A stretch of DNA of 64,000 nt from Macrostomum hystrix (Eukaryota > Animalia > Platyhelminthes). Positions 22,257 to 33,981 of the stretch are shown here, piece after piece. The position numbers and the translations under genes were made by a program. How positions within the stretch are numbered: the first letter of the stretch is position 1; each line of letters begins with the position of its first letter. Where the stretch lies: the NCBI GenBank assembly GCA_950097015.1, contig CATNEN010000001.1, positions 11,842,001-11,906,000 on the forward strand, written 5' to 3'. The notes below the pieces were generated by a model. It had not been told where the DNA came from, searched no databases, and saw only the letters and a program-made list of their open reading frames with translations.

Positions 22257-23204
22257 CAACTTGTAATTTATTTCTGATCTATGAAATTTTGGTTTTGAAC
22301 TTGGCAGTTTTAGAATAGAAGATTCAGCCGCATGTCCATGATGAGGAGACTTGTGAGACCTCTGCAGTCAGGGAATCTGCAGAGGTCTCACTCTCAATTC
22401 TCCACTAGATGCAGAAAAGAGTGGTGCAAACGAATTCGCAGGGGTGACAAAGGTGGCCGCTCGGAATCAGAGACACTATAAGGCTGTTCTGGATTCCTAT
22501 TGTGCTGGCTGGCTTCAGTTGGTCTGTCTGAATGCCTTCGTTGTGTTTCAGTTCCAGTAATGGGCTTTGTTTCGTATTGTTTTTTTTCTGCGACTGAACC
22601 CGCAAACACAATAAAGCAATATAAGCAGCAGTAGTATACGATACTTTTTCAGTAAACATTCGTAATGGTTTGATTTACTAAACAATGAGTAGTATGATGC
22701 GTGCTTGAAGTCCGAATGCGCAAATATCTTCGGGTCATAAATAATGTGTCTGCGTTCTGTTTGTACCTTCAAACTACGTCAGTCCTGTTTGTTAACCCAA
22801 GCTAGCCTAAACCAATTAGCTTAATAGTCTAACCAATTGCCAATATTTGTCGACGCGCTTTTCAAATTGTAAAATGTACAAATATAGCTAATGTGGAGCC
22901 TTGAGAAAAGTTCAGTTTCTCAGCAAACACAAATACACTCACTTTACATTGCCAAAAGAATTAAAGAAGAAAATGGACTTTCTTCGTAGAAAAACTCCTT
23001 TAAAGGAAATGCCTGTTGGATTAACAAAAGAAGACTGGAAAGGCAAGACGATGTAAGGTAAAAGCAAGGCTGAATTGGAAGTAATCGATCGATGCTCCGG
23101 AATGTGTCCCAACTGCTAAGGACTGATTTTGTAGGATCCCTGATGGACCAGTTTCATCCTGTCCTAGAACTAAACTAAACTTGGAATTATAATCATTTTA
23201 TACA

Positions 23205-23536
23205 TATTATATTGCTGTGGGCAATGGTACATCATTTCGTGACACTAGACCCGCAGCCTGCGAGGAGGCAATTCTGCCCATTCCGCTGACTCCTGAGCAT
23301 ACACGCACTTAGAGACCACGTACGCAGACACTCTCACACAGGTGTGTACATCTGCCCTGACTTTCTCACTGTGCCTTGGAGGTTGGCTCTCACGGGTGTC
23401 ATTGCTCGACAAGACAAGCCCCCAAGCCTTCCCTCCGCGACTGCGCCCCAAATGAATGTGGCCTCGCCGCGGAATCGAACTCAGGGACCTTGGTGCGAGA
23501 GGCAAACGCTTCAGACTGCTCTGCCACTGACCCCCT
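23205..23536 (-). mobile_element. SINE family A
   Basis: Colinear with 13925-14273. Confidence 0.88.
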
Positions 23537-24741
23537 CAACTTGCAACTCAATTTCTGATCGATGGAATTTAAACTTGGTAGTTTTTCAGCCGCATGTCCA
23601 GCAATGCGAACTGAGTGTGTACATTGGCTGACAATGCAAATGTCAGGGCAAAGATACAGCCCTACGTGAGTGTGAGTGTGAGTGCACAGATTGTTGTCCA
23701 TGTGGTTGTGTGTGCTCATGAGTTGGCGAGCTGATGAGCAAAACTGCCTCCCGATCACTGCAGGCAACGATTCGCTCAAAATTTCAACCTTATAAAAGAC
23801 TTTTCTACGATCGCAGCCATTGCAGGAGGTCTTGCACTCGGTGTTCGGACGACAAAATGGCAACATGTCGTCTTGACATCAATAAGATATCTTATCGGTG
23901 GATTAAAAGGCATTTGAAAATGATTTAAAAACACGTTAAACAAGTTGCGTGTGAAACCAAAGCTTGGCAACAATATATTTTTTACAAAGCATTTTCTCAA
24001 CTCATCTGTTGGGGAAATTGGAATTGGTTCAATTGTCAGCAGGTGTTTATTCAGGCCTCCTTGGCCTAGAGACATTGCGCGGTTGTAAAGAAAGTACCTA
24101 TTATACCTTTCTTTATTGCCAGGGTAACCAACTGAAAAATCTGAATCTGTTTCCGGCCTACAAAGTCGCCGGTCCATTAGAAATAATACGGGCTGCCTTA
24201 AAATAAATGACAGATCTCACGTGAAATCACATGAGCTGCAAGCCTAGTGTATATTCCAATAAAGTAAACGGCACTTTGTCAATAGAAAAGCTTTAAGGAA
24301 GTGTATTTGAACAGGACCTGAATTGTTTGGCTTCGAAATTTTTGATTCTATGAAAATAAAGATTTAAGATTATTCAGCAAGCATTTTCAAGTAGTTGTGA
24401 TTCGTTTCTCAGCTTTAGAGTTCCCCTATATGATACGAGCTATATTAAATTTCTTAATAAGTTAACTTTGAGGTGCTCCGGTCTGCTGTAACATAGCTTA
24501 GCCGGTATTAACAAAGGCGTATTAAACTGACTTTAGATCGAGCTTGAAAATGCCGTGACAGTACAAAAATTACTAACAAGCAAAATTACACATATTGAGA
24601 ACACTTTGGATTCGGCCAGAAAAAGTGACGAATCAGCTGGCTTGACTCGACTGGTCGCGACAAAGCCTGCATCCAAAAGCGCATCCATATGCGCTCAGCT
24701 CTTGTTCTCAGCTCAAATAATATTTTGTACTTGCTGCCAAA

Positions 24742-26373
24742 ATGCTGCCGCCAGTAGACAAGTTCTTCAGCGAGAGCACAGTTCACTCGCTTGTGCACTT
24801 TACTGGTGACAGAAAGTTGTACATCAAGTTGATCTGGCTCGCTGCATTTACCGTGTCCTTCATCTTCTGCGGCATGAGAATCTCGGACGCCGTCACAAAG
24901 TTCTATGGTCGGGAAGTGTCCACAACGGTGAAAGAGAACGCCGTCGACTTCGAGTTTCCCGATCTGTACATCTGCAACGAGAACCCCATATCGGGAAGCT
25001 ACTCAGTCTCACTCGCAGACCCCAACGCTCAACTGCTCAACCAGTACAGACGACTCGTGAATGAGACTGTGTTGAAGAACGTCTCTCCAGCTGATTGGCT
25101 GGACGAGTACGCAGTTCGACTCATCAACACTCTGCCCTATCAGTTCCTGTCTGACTTCATGGGACACCAGACTTGGCAGTCGATCATCGAGTTCAGCATC
25201 AACGGAGTCGACTCGCGAAGGAAGGTCGTGCTCCACAACAGCAATGTGTACCTGAACTGCTTCAAGCTGAACATGACGGACGCAGACCGAGCGAGCATGA
25301 GCGGACCAGCCAGTCGCATGCAAATCACTCTGTTCGCAGACAGTCAGGTGTCTCCTCCAGTGGACAACAGCACTCAGCAGGACATTATTGATGGAACGAA
25401 CTTGAAGCCCGGCGACTGGGACTTCAACTACGGCTACGACTACACAAGGTCGATCGGTTTTCGAATCTTCTTCACGCCGAAAGGTGTTCTTCCGACCGAG
25501 TGGAGCTCGCAGATCGTACTCGGTGGAGGTCAAAAACTCGAGTTAGAAGTTACGATGGAGGACGCCATGCTGAAGCCGGAGGACTTTGTCGGACAGTGCA
25601 TCGATGTTGACAGCTCGGTGGGAGTGGACTATGTGAACCCGTACTCAGGTGAGAAGGAGACATTCAGATACGACCAGTACGCCTGTCTGCACAGAGAAGT
25701 CGCTCGGATGTCGAAGGAGGCTCTGAACTGCTCGATTTTAAGACAGCCGATGCCCTGGGAGTTTCGCGATCTGCCATCGTGCTTCAACATGACGGCCGTC
25801 CAGAACCAGAGCGTCACCATGTCGGGCTTCGAGGCACTCAGGAAAAGCATTTCCAACTATGCAGTCAAGAACTGTCGCGGCAAGACTCCTTGTCGACGGA
25901 GATTCTACTCGTTCAAGCAGTTCTCGACGAGCTGGCCTTCTGAGCTAGTTTACATACAGTACCTGCCAATTTTGATTCGCTATAATCTTGTAGAAAACCC
26001 AATAACGAGTACTGTGAAATATCTACCAGGCTTTTTGTACCTAATTCAAAATGCAACAACCAATCAGGGCCGGGAGATGCTGATGCAGATCTCATTGTCC
26101 GCGGCAGATGAGAAGTGCACCGAGACCCAGCTGGCAGTCTCGTACACATTGAACTCGTTTATCGCCGATGCAGGAGGTCTGCTCGGTTTGTTTCTGGGAA
26201 TGTCGCTGCTGTCAGCTCTGGAACTCGTTGAACTCCTTCACGACTGCGCATTGACTGTGTACAACCGCTGGAGCGCACAGCAGAGAGCCGATGCTGAGAA
26301 GCAAGTACCTCCTAGTAAGGAGCAAGAGTTAGACAACGTTTTAGCATCACGGATGCCAGATGTCGTGAATTAG
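24742..26373 (+). CDS. DEG/ENaC (amiloride-sensitive sodium channel / ASIC / FaNaC superfamily) subunit, intronless, 543 aa
   Basis: STVHS pre-TM1, TM1, FPDLYICNENP (FPxxTxC-like), Cys-rich thumb, TM2 ADAGGLLGLFLGMSLLSALELVE with GxS filter. Confidence 0.93.
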   Translation: MLPPVDKFFSESTVHSLVHFTGDRKLYIKLIWLAAFTVSFIFCGMRISDAVTKFYGREVSTTVKENAVDFEFPDLYICNENPISGSYSVSLADPNAQLLNQYRRLVNETVLKNVSPADWLDEYAVRLINTLPYQFLSDFMGHQTWQSIIEFSINGVDSRRKVVLHNSNVYLNCFKLNMTDADRASMSGPASRMQITLFADSQVSPPVDNSTQQDIIDGTNLKPGDWDFNYGYDYTRSIGFRIFFTPKGVLPTEWSSQIVLGGGQKLELEVTMEDAMLKPEDFVGQCIDVDSSVGVDYVNPYSGEKETFRYDQYACLHREVARMSKEALNCSILRQPMPWEFRDLPSCFNMTAVQNQSVTMSGFEALRKSISNYAVKNCRGKTPCRRRFYSFKQFSTSWPSELVYIQYLPILIRYNLVENPITSTVKYLPGFLYLIQNATTNQGREMLMQISLSAADEKCTETQLAVSYTLNSFIADAGGLLGLFLGMSLLSALELVELLHDCALTVYNRWSAQQRADAEKQVPPSKEQELDNVLASRMPDVVN

Positions 26374-26680
26374 CATGCCTATAGATAGATTCTGGGTGAG
26401 ACACAGTCAGAGTCTCTGACTCAACATTCGAATCGAGACGACAGCAAGCCGTTTTTGCAACAACAACCAGCGACTAGTAAAAACCTAGCAATTCCTTGCA
26501 TCTAGTCGTTGCGAGGATAAATAATGTTTTATCTACAAATTATTTTTCTAATGTTCGGGTATTTTATAATTAGACTATTCCTGCGTTTTTAGGCAATAAG
26601 TTGCTAAACTTCATCTGATAATCTACATTTATCTGTTAGTTAAGTTGTCTCGCTTCGTGTGATCTTCTACTTTGTACCAC

Positions 26681-26905
26681 TAGTGGTGTAGCCAGGATTT
26701 TTTACTAGAGGGGGTGTGGCCAAGCCTTTTGTGGGCGCCACTAACATGAGGCACCACTACCATGGGGTGCCACTACCATGGGGGCGCCACTACCACGCAG
26801 GCGCACGAGGGGGTGCCACTACTCTTACTATGGGGCGCCACATAGTTTCGTCAGCCGATAAGGGGAGCTTCGGCCCCCCTTGCCCCCACCCTGGCTACGC
26901 CCCTG
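26681..26905. mobile_element. MITE with terminal inverted repeats and 8-bp TSD (hAT-type)
   Basis: TIRs TAGTGGTGTAGCCAGG / CCTGGCTACGCCCCTG. Flanks TGTACCAC / TCTACCAC match at 7 of 8 positions. A related partial copy lies at ~28240-28382. Confidence 0.7.
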
Positions 26906-29596
26906 TCTACCACGCAAGTTACAAGTTCTGCAAGTTCTTTAAGTTCTGTGGTTTTTGCAGATGTCTATACCTTGTACCATCTTAAATAAATATGATATTG
27001 CCTTCTATACTTAGATCTTGGTCTAGATGCGCTGCAGATATTAACTTCAGTTTTTGGACTTCCGGACATAAGACAAGAATATAAATTATTTTCTATTAAT
27101 ACATTTTGCTATTTGTTATTAATTCTAGAAGTCTAAAAATATTCTGAATTATGAAAGGATTCTTTTATCAGAATTCGTAGCTTTTACGACGTGGGAAATT
27201 AAAGTGGAAGTTTAGGCGCTCTTTGCCTCTGTAGTCTGTTTGCATCTTTAATGTCACTTTGATGTTAGTAAATGCTTACCAAATGTCGACTTACGTGCCC
27301 GAGTCAGCCAAGAATGCAATAATTTGTCAGGAAACTTAACTGTTCTACAAAAAAAATCGTAGGTAACACTTGCCTGCATGGACAGCTAATTAGATATTTA
27401 ATTGGACTTAAAAGCCTTTTAAGGGGTTACGAAAGCTACCTCGTCACCTAAAATCGGACGTATCCATTTTCTACAATAAAAATACAAAAGGTAATGTTGT
27501 TTGTCTTAGATGACAGCGGAATTTCCGTTAACTGAAATAAAGTCAGTCTTAGCAAAAACAAGTCCAAAAAAGTCCTAAGAAACCCATAATTATTTGGCTA
27601 ATCTATGGCACCTTGAGCTGAATCTTTAGTTTATGGTAAAGAGCCATGCGAGTGTTGCTAAGTTCCGGTATGTCAATAAGCTAGTCATGCCACAGATTAT
27701 ATACACTCTGGATGTGTAACTCAAGACAAGACAACGCCCGCGCCCAGCCAATCAGAAGGCGACACAGGGGACACAGAGAAGGGACGGGGGAGAAGAGAGG
27801 ACGAGGCAAAGGCCGAGCCAATCAAAACCGGCCTGAAAAAACGGCCTTACAAAGCCTAGCAGTCGACAGTGCCCAACGCCTCAGGAACACAGGCCTTACA
27901 TCACATAATTTACCCCTCAGTGTGGCACACAGTGTGATATTCCCATATATTGGGGTTCCTACAAAAGCCCTTAGGCCCATTGCAAAAAGTGAAACTAGTC
28001 TTCAATAGGTCCCCATTAATTTATTTGTAGTTTAGTGTACTGCGAGTATTATCCCCACAACTAAAATACTCCACCCAAAGGGCTAAAACCTCTGATTCCC
28101 CATTTCCCGCTAAGTGTGGTCATCTTATGATATTAAGCCTTTATTATAAAAAGTGGTTGTGAAACACAATTGGTTTCTTTTTTAACTCAGAACCCCTAAA
28201 AACCCTCATAGAATTTCATAGAAACAGATTTATGAACCTACCACTAGCGTAGCCACTACCAGGCGGGCGCCACTACCAGGGGGGTGCAACTACAGCTCGT
28301 ACTATGGGACACCACATAGCTTCGTCAGCCGATTAGGGGGGGGCGCGGCCCCTGCATTGCCTCCCCCCTGGCAACTCCCCTGCTTGAGCCGAATCTTTAG
28401 TCTATGGTAAAAAAGCGTGCGAGTGTTGCACAGTTTCGCTATATTGATGAGCTTACCATTCCGTCACGTGTTGAATGAACAACTAAGTCTGTTTTTTCGT
28501 TCTAGCATTAAAATTCAACTTTATTATAAACACGTAGTTGGATTAAGACTCGACTTGAACTTTTCACTACAAATCAGCTTAGTGGAATCGCTTTTTCACT
28601 GTCGAATATTCCATTCTAGATCTACCCAGCACAGAAAATTGACTATACGAGTATGTGGCTTCAATGGAATCATTGACATGAGAGCATGTCGAGGAACTTA
28701 TTCTGTTCATTTGCCACAGCCCTCAGTGTCCACAATCTTGGCTATAATACAAGGCCTTAATAAGATCTCAAAGTTCATCACTACACTTTTGCAATTAAAT
28801 GAAAGCGTAAAGGACATAATGCAGTAGACGAAACCAGAGACCGAATTGACTTGCGAACCGTCGGTGAAGCAGTGAATTTCACGGGTTGGCCGTGGTCACG
28901 CATTTCCTGGCGAGGCGGAATGCTGGTTTTGAATTTGAGCGGTGGGCACAGCGTCGACGGAATTCCGTCTGAGAGGATTTTGAGGCCTCCTGCTGCGTCC
29001 AGGTCCCGTAGGCTGAGGTCGCCGTGGGGCTGGAGGTTACACTTGCTGAAGGCAAGTTGCTTCCGGATCGAGACGCCCGCGTCCAGAAGACGACGAGCCG
29101 TCTTCATCGCTTCCCCTTTGATAAAAAGATCTAAAGGGCGAAGGTCCAGGAAGGCATTCATGCCAGCGTAGGGAGTGGAGGGCGCACCGAAGCACCGAAG
29201 GCTCTGCGGATCTGCGCAAGCGTCGTGAGAGCTTTGCGAGTTTTGAGTTTGACGTGAGGTGTCCAGCTCAGCCTGTGGTCGACAATGACACCTAAGCATC
29301 TATTTTGCTTCTCCATGGCGATGGGTTTGTCACTGAGAAGAAGAGGCTCAATCCTCCAGTTTCGCTTGCTGGTGAACATAATGGCAACGGTCTTGGACTC
29401 AGAGAGTTTGAGGCCGCAGCTATGAGCCCAGCGTTCGGCACGGTGGATGAAAGCTTGCAAAAGTTCTCTAAGGACCGGGGGAGACGGTCCAGCCACGGTG
29501 GCGGTGACATCGTCAGCCGATTTTCTGGATCGGGCCCGGGTCAGGGCTGCAGAGCAGCTCGTCCATGACAAGGTTCCAAAAGATCGGACTAAGAAC

Positions 29597-30050
29597 GCCA
29601 CCCTGCGGGCCACCCTACGGGCCACCCTGCGGGCCACCCTGCGGGCCACCCTGCGGGCCACCCTGCGGGCCACCCTGCGGGCCACCCTGCGGGCCACCCT
29701 GCGGGCCACCCTGCGGGCCACCCTGCGGGCCACCCTGCGGGCCACCCTGCGGGCCACCCTTCGGGCCACCCTGCGGGCCACCCTGCGGGCCACCCTGCGG
29801 GCCACCCTGCGGGCCACCCTGCGGGCCACCCTGCGGGCCACCCTGCGGGCCACCCTGCGGGCCACCCTGCGGGCCACCCTTCGGGCCACCCTGCGGGCCA
29901 CCCTGCGGGCCACCCTGCGGGCCACCCTTCGGGCCACCCTGCGGGCCACCCTGCGGGCCACCCTGCGGGCCACCCTGCGGGCCACCCTTCGGGCCACCCT
30001 GCGGGCCACCCTGCGGGCCACCCTGCGGGCCACCCTGCGGGCCACCCTGC
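29597..30050. repeat. 12-bp tandem repeat GCCACCCTGCGG, about 38 copies, derived from the RT PQGG motif
   Basis: The minus strand translates as (GPQG)n between SVKVQQG and GVLSPIFW. Confidence 0.97.
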
Positions 30051-30404
30051 TGGACTTTCACAGAGCGGGAGTGGCCAAGCAGGAGCGAGGTGGCAGTTCG
30101 GTGAGAGATCATATACATGATCCAGCGGGTGAGGTGCTCGGGCGTAGCCCGGCGCTCCAGGGCTCGCCTAAAGGCTTCGAAGAGCACATTGTCGAAGGCA
30201 CCAGCAATGTCGAGGAAAAGCGAGAGAGCGAAACCGGTGCCAAGCACGGCGCGCTCCAGCTTGCCGACAATGGCATGCATAGCACTTTCGATGGAGCGTC
30301 CCGATCGAAAGGCGTGCTGGTTGGCGGAGAGCGGGGAGTTCCTCAGCTCAACGTGAAGGAGGCGCCAAAGAACTAGCCTTTCAAGCAGCTTAAGAAAGAA
30401 TGAT

Positions 30405-30828
30405 TGTTGTGACTCACGGTCCTACAGCCTTCAGGGAAGCTGCGACAGCCCCAGGTCCCAGTTGGGTGCCACCCGTCAAGTCTCCTAAGGAATGGCAGAA
30501 AAGAACTCAGGGTACTTATGGCCGACGACTGGCCCAGCGAGGTTCGAAATTGGACTGAATTGAATGCTGTTTCAATTAAGGAGCAATGTAGGGTGAACAG
30601 GCGGTAGGTTGAGGCTCGGGCCTCCTCGCAGAGTCAATATATTTAATTATCAAGTCTTCACCCTGGGCTTTCGCAAGCGCCGGCCCACGGGGCGGGATGT
30701 ACAAGCCATACGTACACATAGGTGCAGCAGACAAGCGGTGGGGCGCTGGGGTTTGAGGGGTAGAGAAAAACGGATCGATAGCAGCTCTAAGAACGTACCC
30801 GAGGGTACGTATACCCGAGGGTGATACA
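30405..30828 (-). mobile_element. Possible solo LTR inserted in the LINE RT
   Basis: A 424-bp TG..CA-bounded segment interrupts the RP(ISL)SFFLK motif. It has a TATA-like AT-rich stretch but no clean TSD. Confidence 0.4.
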
Positions 30829-31474
30829 GGCCTTAAACCTCGGATGCCAAGAAACCTGTCATTTTTCCTCGCTTCATGTAGGAAGGCGGGGTAAATGTTG
30901 TCAGGTCCAGGCGACTTGAAGGGCGAGAAGGAATTGGCAGCGCGAGCTGTCCGTTCTCTAGTGATAATGGTGGTCGCAAGGATGTGTCCACCCGGAGTGT
31001 GGTCCGGCGGGTCCTGTAGCGGCGCGGTCCGGGGGAAAGCGCTGGCGAGCTTGGTGTCCAGCGATTCGCCAGGATTCTCAGCAAGCCGGCCATCCGGTCT
31101 TTTGATCACTGAGAGCTTCGACATTTTGTCAAGAGTGAGCGCTTTTACAACGCGAGAGGTTGCGCGGGCGCCCTCTAGCTCGGAGCAGTATTGGCGCCAC
31201 TTTTCGGACTTCGCTTTCCTGGTGTCACGCTTAAAGTCGCGAATCGCATCCTGGTAAGCGGTCAGGTCAGCTGGGTCCTTGCCTTTCCGCGCAATCCGCT
31301 GGAGGGATGGCCTTGCGCCGGAGGGTTCCAAGCGCTGGGTTCCACCAGGGAGCGGATTTTTCGCCTTTGTAGGCTTTAAGGGGGCAAGAGATTTCATGAG
31401 CTGTCAGGATGGTCGTGCTGATTAGATCAGCTAGATCGTCCACTTCTTGACAGGTGATAGTAACGACTAGGAAC

Positions 31475-31678
31475 GACCTTTCCCTCAGAGCCGTAGCCAG
31501 AGGTACCTTATCACGCACAGGTGCACGAACGCTGCGGACTGGCCGCATACCCTGTTAAGGTCGAAGGGTGACACCTTTCCCTCAGAGACGTAGCCAGGGT
31601 ACCTGACCACGCACAGGTGCACGAACGCTGCGGACTGGCCGCATACCCTGATGTGGTCAAAGGGTGACACCTTTCCCA
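31475..31678. repeat. About 97-bp tandem duplication inside the LINE
   Basis: ACCTTTCCCTCAGAG.CGTAGCCAG...AAGGGTGACACCTTTCCC occurs twice. Confidence 0.85.
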
Positions 31679-32273
31679 CCAGCCAGGGCTAGAGGTACCC
31701 AGTTTGGCCAGAGGCCCTGGATGGGTCATCCAGCGCTGTTGCCTATTCTGTCTGGCTGCCCTAGGGTCAGCCTTGAACACTCGCGGAACGTGTACCCATG
31801 GGTCAGCTGACGGGACAGCGTGCAGGGATTCCTGCACCCGAAGGCAAAGTACTCCTTCCTGCCAAGCCTGCTCAAAAAGCGACTGCAGGTGTAAGGCATC
31901 GCAGACCTTGGGCCTGGACTGACTCATACCTCACAGGCGTTGTGATCCCGCCGGTGCGAGCGCCTAAGGCCGACACTCAATTCTGATCAGCAAAGATCAC
32001 AGCATATTCGATACCTCCAATAAGGTTTGTGTCCAGCTGCTGTTGTGAAATGACTAAACTCAAACAAAAAAATCAACTACAATAACGTACACAAAAATAG
32101 AATCAGTTTGTTGCGAAAATGACACTGACTTTCTAAATCAAGGATGCACCACGAACTGATTGGTCCAGACGCAGGAACCAATGAGCTCTCATGGTGGTAC
32201 TAGCTTAAAAAACTAACATGTTGCGAATGACGCTGTAATAACCCCACTAATTCTGACTGACCCTGATGCAAAA

Positions 32274-33893
32274 ATGTTCTTGCCAGTACACAAGTTCTTC
32301 AGCGAGAGCACAGTTCACTCGCTTGTGCACTTTACTGGTGACAGAAAGTTGTACATCAAGTTGATCTGGCTCGCTGCATTTACCGTGTCCTTCATCTTCT
32401 GCGGCATGAGAATCTCGGACGCCTTCACAAGGTTCTATGGTCGGGAAGTGTCCACTACGGTGAATGAGAACGCCGTCGACTTCGAGTTTCCCGATCTGTA
32501 CATCTGCAACGAGAACCCCATATCGGGAAGCTACTCAGTCTCACTCGCAGACCCGAACGCTCAGCTGCTCAACCAGTACAGACGACTCGTGAATGAGACT
32601 GTGTTGAAGTACGTCTCTCCAGCTGATCGGTTGGGCGAGTACGCAGTTCGACTCATCAACACTCTGCCCTATCAGTTCCTGTCTGACTTCATGGGACACC
32701 AGACTTGGCAGTCGATCATCGAGTTCAGCATCAACGGAGTCGACTCGCGAAGGAAGGTCGTGCTCCACAACAGCAATGTGTACCTGAACTGCTTCAAGCT
32801 GAACATGACGGACCGAGCGAGCATGAGCGGACCAGCCAGTCGCATGCAAATCACTCTGTTCGCAGACAGTCAGGTGTCTCCTCCAGTGGACAACAGCACT
32901 CAGCAGGACATTATTAATGGTGCGAACTTAAAGCCCAGCGACTGGGACTTCAACTACGGCTACGACTACACAAGGTCGATCGGTTTTCGAATCTTCTTCA
33001 CGCCGAAAGGTGTTCTTCCGACCGAGTGGAGCTCGCAGATCGTACTCGGAGGAGGTCAAAAACTCGAGTTAGAAGTCACGATGGAGGACGCCATGCTGAA
33101 GCCGGAGGACTTTGTCGGACAGTGCATCGACGTTGACAGCTCGGTGGGAGTGGACTATGTGAACCCGTACTCAGGTGAGAAGGAGACATTCAGATACGAT
33201 CAGTACGCCTGTCTGCACAGAGAAGTCGCTCGGATGTCGAAGGAGTCTCTGAACTGCTCGATTTTGAGACAGCCGATGCCCTGGGAGTTTCGCGATCTGC
33301 CATCGTGCTTCAACATGACGGCCGTCCAGAACCAGAGCGTCACCATGTCGGGCTTCGAGGCACTCAGGAAAAGCATTTCCAACTATGCAGTCAAGAACTG
33401 TCGCGGCAAGACTCCTTGTCGACGGAGATTCTACTCATTCAAGCAGTTCTCGACGAGCTGGCCTTCTGAGCGAGTTTACAAAGAGTACATGCCAATTCTG
33501 ATTTTCTCTAACCTGATAGAAAACCCAATTACGAGTACTGTGAAATATCTACCTGGGCTTTTGTACCTAATTCAAAATGCAACAACCAATCACGGCCGGG
33601 AGATGCTGATGCAGATCTCATTGTCCGCGGCAGATGAGAAATGCGCAGAGACCCAGCTGGCAATTTCGTACAGATTCAACTCGTTTATAGCCGATGCAGG
33701 AGGTCTGCTCGGTTTGTTTCTGGGCATGTCGCTGCTGTCAGCTCTGGAACTCGTTGAACTGGCTCACGACTGCATCTTCGAAGTCTACAGTCGTCGACAG
33801 GTTGGACAGTTGACGTCTTCGGAGGAGTCGACATCGAGTCCGAAGGCACCCCGAGATTCAGTCGAGATCTCCAGAGGGCCGGATGTTTTTTAA
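32274..33893 (+). CDS. DEG/ENaC subunit, paralog of 24742..26373, intronless, 539 aa
   Basis: Same motifs as the first copy. Near-identical from codon ~4 to the end of TM2, with a 6-nt indel (MTDADR vs MTDR) and an unrelated C-terminal tail. Confidence 0.93.
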   Translation: MFLPVHKFFSESTVHSLVHFTGDRKLYIKLIWLAAFTVSFIFCGMRISDAFTRFYGREVSTTVNENAVDFEFPDLYICNENPISGSYSVSLADPNAQLLNQYRRLVNETVLKYVSPADRLGEYAVRLINTLPYQFLSDFMGHQTWQSIIEFSINGVDSRRKVVLHNSNVYLNCFKLNMTDRASMSGPASRMQITLFADSQVSPPVDNSTQQDIINGANLKPSDWDFNYGYDYTRSIGFRIFFTPKGVLPTEWSSQIVLGGGQKLELEVTMEDAMLKPEDFVGQCIDVDSSVGVDYVNPYSGEKETFRYDQYACLHREVARMSKESLNCSILRQPMPWEFRDLPSCFNMTAVQNQSVTMSGFEALRKSISNYAVKNCRGKTPCRRRFYSFKQFSTSWPSERVYKEYMPILIFSNLIENPITSTVKYLPGLLYLIQNATTNHGREMLMQISLSAADEKCAETQLAISYRFNSFIADAGGLLGLFLGMSLLSALELVELAHDCIFEVYSRRQVGQLTSSEESTSSPKAPRDSVEISRGPDVF

Positions 33894-33981
33894 AGAACCA
33901 CAAACGCCTAATTTATCATAGAACTGCTATTTTATATAGTCCTGTTATTCATGCAGTCTATTCTCAATCTACTAATGTAAG

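Larger units (their letters stand above)
28785..31985 (-). mobile_element. Decayed LOA/R1-like LINE (RT + RNase H) between the two ENaC genes
   Basis: APWWNP..L, FKSPGPDNIYP, FLDIAGAFDNV, PQGG-VLSPIFWNLVMD, ADD, CLGVIVDHRLSW, and RNase H start EIHCFTDGS (~28850-28880). Multiple frameshifts. Confidence 0.85.

Noticed and set aside
23734-24206. Short ORFs upstream of the first ENaC gene
   Set aside because: No recognisable motif or splice support; possibly transposon debris.
21103-26373. Functional coupling of the cGLR with the adjacent ENaC channels (CBASS-like synthase plus pore effector)
   Set aside because: Only adjacency supports it. Animal gene neighbourhood rarely implies a pathway, and DEG/ENaC channels have no known cyclic-dinucleotide-binding site.
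29158-30376. Collagen-, keratin- or protamine-like ORFs (GPPC, RATL, RRVA)
   Set aside because: They are alternative frames of the 12-bp expansion within a dead LINE RT.
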